The notes under the pieces were generated by a model that saw nothing but the letters and a program-made list of their open reading frames with translations, was not told the origin of the DNA and did no database searches. DNA of 64,000 nucleotides from Hemiscyllium ocellatum (taxonomy: Eukaryota). The stretch lies in the NCBI RefSeq assembly GCF_020745735.1, contig NC_083435.1:38713090-38777089 (forward strand), read 5' to 3'. This document shows positions 1 to 11,500 of this stretch, in pieces (position 1 is the stretch's first letter; each line of letters opens with the position of its first letter). The translations under genes and the position numbers were made by a program.

Positions 1-452
1 ATCTGAATGGGTATATGAATAGGAAGGGTTTGGAGAGATATGGGCCAAATGTTGGTAAATGGGACTAGATTGTGGGCGGCACGGCGACACAGTGGTTAGC
101 ACTGCTGCCTCACAGCGCCAGAGACCCGGGTTCAATTCCCGCCTCAGGCGACTGACTGTGTGGAGTTTGCACGTTCTCCCCGTGTCTGTGTGGGTTTCCT
201 CCGGGTGCTCCAGTTTCCTCCCACAATCCAAAGATGTGCAGGTCAGGTGAATTGGCCATGCTAAATTGCCCGTAGTGTTAGGTAAGGGGTAAATGTAGGG
301 CTAGGGGTATGGGTGGGTTTCAGGTCGGTGTGGACTTGTTGGGCCGAAGGGCCTGTTTCCACACTGTAAGTAATCTAAATCGGGTTGGGATATCAGGTCG
401 ACATTAACAAGTTGGACTCAAGGGTCTGTTTCTGTGCTGTACATCTCTATGA
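1..452 (+). mobile_element. CR1 LINE 3' tail interrupted by an HE1 SINE
   Basis: The tail gggactagattg...gggtctgtttctgtgctgtacatctctatgactc is split by the SINE at 74-378. Confidence 0.8.
74..378 (+). mobile_element. HE1 (V-SINE) tRNA-derived SINE
   Basis: A box GGCGACACAGTGG, B box GGTTCAATTCC, V-core ctgtgtggagtttgcacgttctcccc, CR1-like tail. Confidence 0.9.
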
Positions 453-525
453 CTCCTGCAGGGGGAGACATTGTAAAGGCAGGGTGTGTGACTGAGGCTG
501 AAGTTTAACTGAACATTCTGCTGAA

Positions 526-620
526 GATACCTGAAGAAGGGCTTATGCCCAAAACGTTGATTCTCCTGTTCCTTTGAGCTGCCTGACCTGCTGTGCTTTT
601 CCAGCAACACATTTTTAAGC
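526..620 (+). mobile_element. PLE family A tail with inactivated hammerhead (G12>A)
   Basis: ctgaagaagggcttatgcccaaaacgttg...ccagcaacacattttt. Confidence 0.75.
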
Positions 621-633
621 ATTCAGCACATGA

Positions 634-680
634 CCCAAAGACAGCTGATGGTCAGTCAGGCTGTGATCAGATTGGTTTAT
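634..680 (+). promoter_or_regulatory. Distal X-Y module (candidate enhancer)
   Basis: CCCAAAGACAGCTG (634-647), 20 nt, CAGATTGGTT (668-677). It shares two exact 11-mers (ACAGCTGATGG, GATTGGTTTAT) with the proximal promoter. Confidence 0.65.
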
Positions 681-745
681 GGATTAATCTCAACCATTGA
701 CACAGCAATTAGAGACATTTTCAAATAATACCAGCTAGTCGGAGA

Positions 746-756
746 ACTTTCACTTT
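746..756 (-). promoter_or_regulatory. ISRE/IRF-element-like site
   Basis: ACTTTCACTTT reads AAAGTGAAAGT on the minus strand, 70 bp downstream of the distal Y box. Confidence 0.45.
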
Positions 757-1157
757 GTGACACATGGAGGAACAACCAGCATTTCCCACTCACAAGCTGC
801 AGCAAAACACATTATATTGAAATACTGGCATCATCGCGGTCACTCTTATCATTCACTGAGACACAGATATGGTTTTCAGATACTGTACAAACAGGCAATG
901 TGTAATAATGCATGAAACTAAATCAATCTGATACACATTCTGTTCCTGCCCTGGGACTATACAGGATCTGATCATTGCATCTGAATACCCTGTGTTCAGA
1001 AGGTGAGGGGAGTCTGACAGTAAACAGTGTCAAACCAACCAGAATTTATGATCAGGATGAAGGAGTGAACAAGACCTGTGTCCTCACCCTTGTCTTGAGG
1101 CTTGGACTAATTTGAGAAGATTGGGTAATGCTGACGGCAGAGGCACTAACCAAAAGC

Positions 1158-1300
1158 AGAGTGAAGATTAGAGTGGTGCTGGAAAAGCACAGCAGGTACC
1201 CGAAACATCGGTTTTCCGGTTTTCCTGCTCCTCGGATGCTGCACCACTCTAATCTTGACTCTGATCTCCAGCACCTGCAGTCCTCACTTTTGTCTACCTG
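1158..1300. mobile_element. Degraded fold-back PLE family A mini-insertion
   Basis: Inverted arms aagattagagtggtgc / gcaccactctaatctt, plus an extra tail of about 37 nt. Confidence 0.65.
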
Positions 1301-1654
1301 AGTACCTAAAAGCAATATAGTCCCAAACTGTGAACTCTAACTTTTCAAACATTGTGAGATTATGATTAACTTCAGTGACTGACCTCTAACCCTTTGTTTA
1401 ACTTTATTTTCTCTGCATCTATAAAAGATGGGAAAGGAGAAGAAGACAGCAAAAACGGCAGAGTTAGGTTTTAGTTTCCAATTTCTCAATATCCTGAACT
1501 TTCAGAGGTAAAGCCCAATGAAACATTGGAAATCATATTTCTCTCTATAGAGACACTTTGATTGAATCAAATAAAGTAAATGCAAGGGTTTCAGCTTGGA
1601 ATATGAAATAGAAATGGAGGACAGCAGGAGACATTAGAAACAGAGTAAAACAGA

Positions 1655-2165
1655 AACTGTTTAGTCCTACAACATGGAGACAGGCCCTTTAGCCCAAACT
1701 GGTCCATACTGACCAATATTCCACTTGCACTAACCCCATTTCCCTACACTTGATCCATATCTTTCTAATCCTTTCTTATCCATGTATTTGTCCAAGTGCC
1801 TTTTAAATGTTGTTAATGTACCCACCTAAACCACGTCTGCTGGCAGCTCATTCCATCTGTGTACCACCCTCTGTGTAAAAAATGTGCCCCTCAGGTTCCC
1901 TTTTATTCATTCCCCTCTATCTAACTTTAAACTGATGCCCTCTAGTCCTTGATTCCCCAACCCTGGGAAAAAGACAGAGTGCATTCACCCTATCCATGTC
2001 TCTCATGATCGCACACATTTCTATAAGATCCTTCCTCAGTCTCCTACACTCTAAAGAGGAAAGTCCCAGCTTGTCCAACCTCTCCCTATAACTCAATCAT
2101 TGAGTCGTGGAAACATCCTTGTAAATTTCTTCTGCACTCTTTGCAGTTTAATAATATCTTTCCTA
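1655..2165 (-). mobile_element. CR1 LINE 3' fragment ending about 115 bp upstream of the X box
   Basis: Similar to the younger CR1 copies at 11888 and 31456. Confidence 0.8.
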
Positions 2166-2278
2166 CAAATAATCCAAAAATATCTATTCAGAGCATATAT
2201 CCATCTCACTGCAATTCTTTCTCAAATTAACATAACGCAAGGCTCAGTCAGAGAAATACAGAACAGGTTTGAATTTCA

Positions 2279-2327
2279 CCTGGAAACAGCTGATGGAGGA
2301 GATCTCGATTGGTGATTGGTTTATAAA
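2279..2327 (+). promoter_or_regulatory. Proximal class II promoter: X box (2279-2292), Y box (2312-2321), TATA (2322-2327)
   Basis: CCTGGAAACAGCTG, 19 nt, GTGATTGGTT, then TATAAA; about 150-195 nt upstream of the ATG. A second ATTGG lies at 2308-2312. The X-Y spacing matches the 19-20 bp of mammalian class II promoters. Confidence 0.8.
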
Positions 2328-2392
2328 TAATACAACATCTGTCAATTACCAAGTAATGCTCACTACAGTCAGACAGAAACTGAACTTCGCAC

Positions 2393-2410
2393 AGAGAGAG
2401 AGAGAGAGAG
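2393..2410 (+). repeat. (AG)9 microsatellite in the putative 5' UTR
   Basis: Directly visible between the TATA box and the ATG. Confidence 0.9.
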
Positions 2411-2474
2411 AAGCACACTCACAACAGACTAAGAGCTCTCCAGAGGGTGAAATCTGGTTACATCCGCAAGCAGA

Positions 2475-2541
2475 ATGGAAGCTGGATGTTACATTACTAT
2501 ATTAATACTGGTTTTACTTCAAGGAACCTTGGCTGTGAAAT
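2475..2541 (+). CDS. MHC IIA exon 1 (signal peptide)
   Basis: ATG at 2475 with an in-frame upstream stop at 2430-2432; hydrophobic leader [15 protein letters not shown]; donor T|GTGAGT at 2542; lies just downstream of an X-Y-TATA promoter. Confidence 0.93.
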
Positions 2542-5500
2542 GTGAGTTATAAAACTGTAAAATGTAATGATATATGATATTAATATATGACATGACTGGG
2601 CTCGGTATAGTGTCATTAATTGTTTATTAACTGGGTGCTTAATTACACTCAAGTATTGGTTATTAACTGGGGATAAAATGATTGTGTTGGTTTCAGTGTG
2701 GTAATAGCATCTCTTTCAACTGGGGCAATTAATTGGTTATGAGTTCCAAAAGTGGTATAAGATACACAATAACAACAAATGAGTTCTTGTTAATAAAAAC
2801 TTGTAAGTGTATAAAAATGTGGCTGCATTATATTGTTTACTGCCTAGGTATTTGTGCTGTAGGGCTTGGTTACTTCAGTTGGATAAACAGCAAGCCTATG
2901 GTTCACAATAATCATAGAATCCCTACAATGTGGAAACAGGCCCTTCGGCCCAACAAGTCCACACCAACCCTCCAAGAGTAATCCACCCAAATTCATTCCC
3001 TCACCCTAATACTCTATGTTTGCCCCTGCACATAACACTACCGGCAATTTAGCATGGCCAATTCACCTGACCTGCACATCTTTGGACTGTGGAAGAAAAC
3101 CCAAGCAGACACGGGGAGAATGTGTAAACTCTATACAGACAGCCACCTCAGGTTGGTATCAAACCCTGGTCCCTAGCACTGTGAAGCAGGAGCAATAACC
3201 ACTGAGCTACCGTGCTCAGAATACAGAGTTCCCACTGTAATATTTCCTTCAGTGGAGAGCTTGGATTTCTTACAACATGAAGATGACACCGAGGCAGATC
3301 TGTATTAGCCCATTTGACCCAGTTCTGCTTAAACCATCCCCCTTCAGTGTTGCTGTTCCAGCCTGACTCCATTCCTGCCCTAGCTCCCTCTGTTGAAAAT
3401 CCACTGTCGGGGTAGAGGCAGGATCATGATGCTGGGAAATGATCCACCTCCCGATTCCCACATTGAAGCTGAAAATCCAGTTCCAGGATTTTTATTTAGC
3501 ATGGCCAACTCACCTAGCCTGCACATCTTTGGACAGTGGGAGCACCTGGAGGAAACCCATGCATGTGCAAACTGGGAGAATGTGCAAACTCCACAGTCGC
3601 TCGAGACTGGAATCGAACCCAGGTCCCTGGCACTGTGAGGCAGCAGTGCTAACCACTGAGCCACTGTGCCACCTTCAATAATGCCAAAAGCATTGGCTTA
3701 TTTGTGTTTTGGCTGTTGTAAATCAAAGTCTTATCTTGTCATCCTTCCCCTTTGAGTGGAAGGTAATCACAAACCACTACAGACAGAAACAGCCAACAAA
3801 ATACCTTCAGGTAAAGCATCAAAAGACAATGAGCTAAGATCCTACCTTTGGGAAGAACATGAGTTACATCAGATATGAACCATACCATTCACTGTTTGTA
3901 ATTTAGACTGTACTACAACTTGCATTTAAATAGTGCCTTTTACATGGCACGATGACCCAAAGATATTTCACTAAATATAATCAGAGTAAAATTTGTTTCC
4001 GAGAAGGAATTGCTATAAGGGGTGACCTGCTTGATGAAAGAATTGATTTTAAAGGTGATTTCCACCAATGGTGGAGGGATGCAGAGTTGTGGGGGGATTG
4101 TTAAGCTGGAGGAGGTTACAAAAATAGGGAATAATGAAGCCATGAATTAAATTGAATACAAGGATGAGAAGTTTAAACTTGAAGCATTGCCAGATGAATC
4201 AATGCAGATCAACAAGCTCAGGTAAACCGAATTTCATGTGAGTTTAGATCCAGGCAGCAGACTTTTGGAAAAGTTCAGATTTTAAAGGTGGAATGTGAGG
4301 TGAAGAAGCTGAAGCAGGAGAAGTTCCAGAGATAGAAGTGGGCAGTCTCAGTGATGGAGAAGGCATAGGTTTGGAAGATCAGCTCTGGCTTATGTAAGAC
4401 ACAAGTCTCAGTGTGTGGTCAGGAATGGGAATGGAGTCAGTAGTCAGAAAATTATATTTACATCACAGACTGAAAATAATGGCTTTGATTTTCCTAATAC
4501 TTAATTAAAGAAAATTTCTGGATTTCCAGTTCTGGACATCGAACAGGCAACGTGACAAATCAGAGATGGTGGTAGGATGGCAAAGAGGTGTTGGTGAGAT
4601 TAAGCTGCAGGTTGTCAGTTTACATGTGGAAATTTAATGCAGTATTTTAGGGTGATGTTGACAAAGAAGAGCACATAAATAAGAGGAATAAATCACACAA
4701 CAGGGTACCATATACCACACAGAATCCATCATTCAGCCAAATGAGTCATGTTCTACTTGAGTTCATTTCATCCTTCCTTCTCTACTTCTATCCCATTCTC
4801 TCTCATATATTTATTCTCTCTCATACTTAAGTAGCTTTCCTTTAAATGCATTTATCCCACTCACAACAGCAACCCCAGAGGTAACAGTATGGGACACCGT
4901 AAGACAATTAGACATAGAAGCAGGGGCCATTCAACCCATTGAGTCTGCTCTGTCATTCAATGAGATTGTGGCTGATCTGATAATCCTCAATTCCTCTTTC
5001 CTGTATTTCCCCATTACCCTGAATTCCTTTGCTGATCAAAAATCTAACTCAGCCTTGAATACACTGATTGCCTCAACAGCCCTCTGCAATAAAGAATTAC
5101 ACAGATTCACATTCCTCAGTTAGTCAGTGTCTTTCCTTATTGTGATACATCTAAATCTAAAGTTTGGATTTTGGAAGATAAAGACCTTTGAGAGAAAGGG
5201 ACAGGAAGTGATGAGACAAGTGAATCAGATTCAGAGACAGTTTGGTGTTGGGAGCCTTGACATAGCTCCTAAAAACTGTTCAACATCTCTCCAGCCATTA
5301 GCTCTGCCCACAGGTGACAAGATACTTGGCATAGAAGAGGTTGAATTTGTTTGTTATGTTGCTGCCATTAAGTTAAATCTGAGCTGTAAATGTTTCACAC
5401 TGACAGTGAAGAATCCAGTACATAGTAGCCGCACAGTGTATATTTTATATGCCAGATCTGTTGGAGACAAGAGGATTGGTTAGCATATTTCAAGCAGGAA

Positions 5501-8500
5501 TTGCTTTTGAAATTTGACTGGCCTTCATTTATTGACCTTAATATCTGTCCTAGCTGTACATCCTGTAACATCTTACAGTGCAAGGATGGATGATGGTAAT
5601 TTTTATTGACTACAACGATACAATACTGAACAGAAATCGAATAGCCAGGTCCTGTCTCCACGAGAAAAAAATATTTTTTGACTTGGAATTAATAATAAAA
5701 CTCTCTAGGTTAATGCCAGTCATATCAACAAATATCGACTTGTAAAGTCAAACTATGTCAAAGTTGCAGTATTATGAGCAATAGTTTAATTCTCACTGAA
5801 AACTTAATTGTGTAATAGTGCTTATAAAGTAACAGTTTGATGCTTTTATCATTGACGCTGAGCTGATACCCAAACTCAACCTAATTCTAGTTTCATCAAA
5901 GTACCCATCTCTGTTCAACCTCAGCCTCAATACCTATTTACTCAGGCCTTCTACATCTGCAAACCTGATTACAGTAAAATCCACTCTTCACTGTCTGTAT
6001 TTCATCCAAAACTGTGCTGCTTGTATGCTATCCCTGATTAACTCACACTCTCCTCTCATGCTTTTCCCATCAATCTTCACTGGCTTCCTGATACCCAGTG
6101 CATTCATTTCAACATTCTTATCCTATCCATACATCCTCCACAACAATGACTCTACCTCTGCACTCTCAATCAACCCTGTTTCCACACACACCTCTTACTT
6201 GCTTATCAGTTTCTTTACAATCTTCTGCTTCAAAGTTAACAATGGCCTGAAAAATATAGGAACATGATGGATGGAAACAAATCAACACCCATCTAATTGT
6301 AATTCCACCTTCCTGGAAGTGATAACAGAGTTATTCACTAATTATAATATACTAGCCTGCAACAGAACCAAGCGCAAGGAAAACTCCCAGTTGTGCAGAG
6401 ATTTGGGATCTGTTGGTTCAAAGTCACTTGTTCCTCGTGCACGGTTTTAGGGGTGTTGAGATATAAACACTCTTCGTTTTGAATTTTTATTTCATAATAA
6501 TGGAATCCCCATTTGCGATCAACTTAACAAGGCAAAAACAACCAATATTTATCAATCAAGTAGAATTTCTTAAGCAAGGTTTTATAAATAACAAACAAAC
6601 AAACAGTGAAAAGAACATAAAAGTTTCTCATTCTTCAAGGACCAGCATAGGAAGGGGAAGAAGAAAGGATTTACGTAGGATGGTGCGGTTGATGAGAAAT
6701 GGGATAGGTTGAGAGGGGCAAGGGAAGATGAGGGAAAAGGGGATGGCAAATGGATGAGCAGGAAAGGAGATGGATGGGTGGGAAGGGGAGAGGGGATATG
6801 TGGGGGAAGGGTGGCATTGTGAGCAGCTCAGACACACTCATTCACCAACAATCTCCCATGCAGTTCTGGCCTCATATTTGCCTGTGTAAAGGGGTGAATG
6901 TTGAAGGTAGTGGATAGAGTGTTGATCAAGTGGGCTGCTTTATCCTGGATGGTGTCAAACTTTGAGTGTTGGTGAGGTGACATTCATCCAGGCAGGGTGG
7001 AGAGTATTCCTTCCTAGCTTGTAGTTGGTGAAAATAAAAGGGATCATTAGCAATCTGGCTGTGCGAGGCCCCTTATGAAGAGTGACCATAATTCTTCATT
7101 AGGATGGACAGTGACAGCGTCAATTCTAAGATGAGGGTCCTGAATCTAAATAAAGGAAACTAAGATGATATGAGGTACGAGATGGCTACAGTAAGTTATG
7201 GAACCATACCCAAAGGGATGATAGAGGGTAGAAAATGGGAAACAATTAAAGAGTGCATTGATGAACTGCAACAATTGTTCTTTCCTGTCTGGTACAAAAT
7301 GGGAAGATGGCCTGGCCATGACTAGCAAGGGAAATTACAGATAGTATTAGATCCAAGGAAGGGATGTACAAATTGACCAAATAAAGTAGAGGAAAAACAC
7401 AGTACGAGAATAAGCTTGCAGAGAACTTACAGAACTAACTGTAAAAGCTTTTATAAGTGCATGAAGAGAAAAAAAAATGACGACAACAAATATAAGTAAC
7501 TTACAGTCACAAATAGGGAAGTTATAATGGAGAACAAAGAGATGACAAACTAATTAAATACATATTTTGATTCCATCTTTACAAAGAAGGACACCAATAA
7601 TGTCTCAAAAATGTTGGGTACATAGGGTCTTGTGACAGGGAGGAACTAAAGAAATCAGTATTAGTGAAGAAATGGTGTTGGGAAATCTTATAATTAAAGG
7701 TTGATGAATCCTCATGGCCTGATCATCTATACTCCACAACATTTTCCATAATGGCCCTGGAAAGACTGGATTCAATGGTGGTCATCTTTCAAAATTTTGT
7801 AGACTCTGGAACAAATCCTATGGATTAGAGGGTTGCTAATTATTCAAAAAGGGAGGCAGAGAAAAAGAAAGGGAATTAGAGACTTAGTTAGCCTGACATT
7901 GATAGTTGTGAAAATGATGGAGTCAATTATCAAAGATTTAATAAGAAAGTGATAGGATTGGACCGAGTCAGAGATGTAGGAAAGGGAAATCACACATGAT
8001 CAATCTATGGAGAGATGAGGATAAAGGTTTGCACTCGGAGGGTGGTGGGAATAGTATGAAAGGATGGTAGAGACAGAAATCCTCTAACTTTGAAAAGTAT
8101 TTAGAAGCACGGTGCCAAGGCACACAGGGCCAAGGGGGGGGTGGGTTTAGAATTTTTGATCGTTGTTTTCAATTGGTACAGAATTGTTGGGCCTAAGGGC
8201 CTCTTTCTGTGCTGTAGCTCTCTATGATTTTATGACTACTGGAATTCTTCAAAGGATGTAACTAGTCGAATTGATCTGCAGATGTGAGTGACATGGAAAG
8301 AGAATTGTTTGATAAATAAGAAACAATGGGTAGGAATACAGAGTCATTTCAGAGTGGCAGCCAGTGATCAGCAGGGTTAAGTGCTTGGACTCCACCTATT
8401 CACAATATATTTTCATGATTTAGACGAAGGAACTAAATGTCCATTTCCAGGTTTGCAAATGATACAAAGCTGAATGGAAGTGTGGACTATGAGGAGATGC

Positions 8501-11500
8501 AGAGATGCTTCAGTGTGATATGAACAAGTTGCGTGATTAGCAAATGCATGGCATGTGAAGTTTAATGTGGATTAATGAGAAGTTATCCACTGTGATAGCA
8601 AATGCAAGACGACAGATGATCATCTGAATGGTGACAAATATGGAAAGGGGGTAGAAACTAAGAGACTGGGGTGTCCTTGTGCTCATATTGCTGAAACTAA
8701 GTGTTTCGGTGCAGCAAGTGGTGAAGACGACAAATAGTGCGTTGGCATTCATAGTGAGAGGAATCGAGTCCAATATCTTGCTGCAATTGTACAGGTAAAA
8801 AGTGAGGTCTGCAGATGCTGGAGATCAGAGCTGAAAATGTGTTGCTGGTCAAAGCACAGCAGGTCAGGCAGCATCCAAGGAACAGGAAATTCGACGTTTC
8901 GGGCCAGAGCCCTGATGAGGCTCTGGCCCGAAACGTCGAATTTCCTGTTCCTTGGATGCTGCCTGACCTGCTGTGCTTTGACCAGCAACACATTTTCAGC
9001 AATTGTACAGGGATTTGATGAGACTATACCTGGAATATTGTGAATAGTTTCGCATTCCTTACTGGAGGAAGGATATTCTGACAATGGAAGGCATACACAA
9101 TGGTTTGCCAAACTTATTCCTGGACGATAAGGACTGACAATATGAATAGAGACTGGATTGGTTACAACTGTATCATTGGGTTTTAGAAGAATGAGGATCG
9201 GAGGGATCTCATAGAAACCTATAAAACACTAACAGACATGGTAAACACAGGAAGGGTGTTCCAGGTGACTCGGGAAGCCAGGACCAGGCGTCACAGTTCA
9301 AAGTTATGGAATAAACCATTTAGGACTGAAATAAGGAGAAATACTTATTTTGCTGGGGTGGCATGGTAGCTCAGTGGTTAACACTGCTGCCTCACAGTGC
9401 CAGGGACCTGGGTTCAATTCCTGCCTCCACAGACTGTCTGTGGGGAGTTTGCACTTTCTCCCTGTATCTGCATGGGTTTTCTCTGGGTGCTCCGGTTTCC
9501 CCTCACAGTTCAAAGAAGTGCAGGTTAGATGGATTGGCCATGGAAAATGCAGGGTTATAGAAATTGGGTGTGATGCTCTTCAAAGGGTCGATGTGATCTC
9601 AATGGGCCAAATGGCCCGCTTCCACTGTGTAGGGATTCTATAAGACAATGAAATTCCTTCACAGAGAGTGGTGAGCCTGTGGAACTTGCTGCCACTGACG
9701 GCAGTTCAGGCCAAAACACTGAATGTTTTTATAGAGTTAGAGTTAGTTTGTAGGGCTAAAGTATCAAATGGTATAGAGAGAAAAAGTGGGAACAAATTAC
9801 TGAGAATGATGATTGGCATGAGTGCATTGAATGGTGGAGCAGGGTCAAAGGGCTGAATGGGGGAGCAGGGTCAAAGGGCTGAATGGCCTACATTTTCTCA
9901 GGATTTTCTATGTTTCCTTGACAGGCTTTGGGAAGTCAAGAGGTGAATTACTTGCCACAGAATTCCCAGTGGCTGACTTGCTTTCATACCCAAAGTATTT
10001 AAGTGGTTAGTCAAGTTCAGTTTCTGGTGAATGGATATTGATTGTGTGATGATAACATCATTGAATTTGTTCAGTGAATTATTTAATTATCCACCACCAT
10101 TCACATAGTGCCATGGATGAGGCAGGATTTCAGATCTTACACTGGTTCATCTTCTGTGGGATATTGCTTCATTTTGCCTGTCTTCCATTATATTAAAGGA
10201 AAATCATTGTAGGTTATAAATATATTGTTTAATGTGTCTATCTTGGCTAATTGTAGAGTCATACAGCATGGTCCAACCAGTCCATGCTGACCATAATCCC
10301 AAATTAAACTAGGCCCACATGCCTGCGTTTGGCACATATCCTTCCAAACATTTCTTATTCATGTATTTACCTAAATGCCTTTGAAATGTTGTAATGATAT
10401 CCACATCCACCACCTCCTCTGGAAGTTCATTCCGCAGATGAACCAATACATTTAAATCTTTCTCCTCTCACCTTAAAAAATGCCTCCAATTCTTGAAAGC
10501 ATCCAACCAAGGGAAAATACCCCTGCCATTCACCTTACTCATGCCTACATCTGAGTGATGTAGGCAAGTGTGCTAAATGCCTTCTTAAGCATTCTGTCAA
10601 CATTTGATGCAAACTTCAAAAAAATTAATGTACCTAAACCCCTAGGTCTCTGTTCTACAACTCTACCCAAGACTAAGGTTAACAATCACATAACACCAGG
10701 TTATAGTCCAACAGGTTTATTTGGAAGCACTGGCTTTCGGAGCACCACTCCTTCATCAGGTTCATCACAATTATACGATGAATGATGTCAGAGCAGCACT
10801 CTGAAAGCTAGTGCTTCCAATTAAACCTGTTGGACTGCAACCTGGTGTTGTGTGATTTTTTTAAAACTTTGTCCACACCTGTCCAACACCGGCATCTCCA
10901 AGTCATGGCTACCCAAGACCCTACTTTTAATTGTATAATTCTTGCCTTTGTTTGTTTTATCAAAATGTAATACCTCATATTTATCCAAATTTCAGCCCAT
11001 TGACCCAATTGATCAAGATCTCTTTGTAATCTTAGGGAACCTTCTTCCTTATTCACTATACCACTAATTTTGGAGTCATTCGCAAAGTTACAAACCACGC
11101 CATCTATATTCTCATTTGTATAAATGACAAAAGTGGACCCAGCAAGATCCCTATGGAACACCACTGGGGACACAGCTCCGGTCTGAGAAACAACCCTTCA
11201 CTCTTTTAAACAAAAAAGCTACAAAAAGGTTTGTAGACTTGTCCACGCTTCCCTGCACCGGGTGCCCAAGGATCAGGAGGAGTGTGGGGCTGAAATGTAG
11301 CCAAAGTTTCAACAGCAGCCCCCTCAAAGAACCAATAAGGGGCTGCAGACAAACACACTCAACATAAATGTGAAACACCATCTCCTGCAGGCACCAGAAG
11401 GTGAACATGGTCTGGCACCTGGTAAACGTACTCAGTCATCAGTTTCACAGGACCACCACATGTCGCACTCTCCACCCCAAATCCCTGACGTAAGAGGGCC

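Larger units (their letters stand above)
7030..9915 (+). mobile_element. Mosaic of old CR1 LINE fragments
   Basis: Degraded APE/RT motifs and two 3' tails (about 8200 and 9900); hosts the PLE mini-element and an HE1 copy. Confidence 0.7.

Noticed and set aside
74-150. tRNA genes at SINE heads
   Set aside because: The A/B boxes belong to HE1 SINEs and continue into the V-core and LINE-derived tail; no full cloverleaf or acceptor stem is evident.
2376-2385. ISRE-like GAAACTGAAC in the 5' UTR
   Set aside because: One mismatch in the second GAAA core; too short to support alone.
8815-9043. Identical peptides predicted on both strands (also 13410-13825)
   Set aside because: This is an artefact of the perfect DNA palindromes, not bidirectional coding.
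9836-9886. 25-bp direct duplication ggagcagggtcaaagggctgaatgg
   Set aside because: A local slippage in a CR1 tail with no functional sign.
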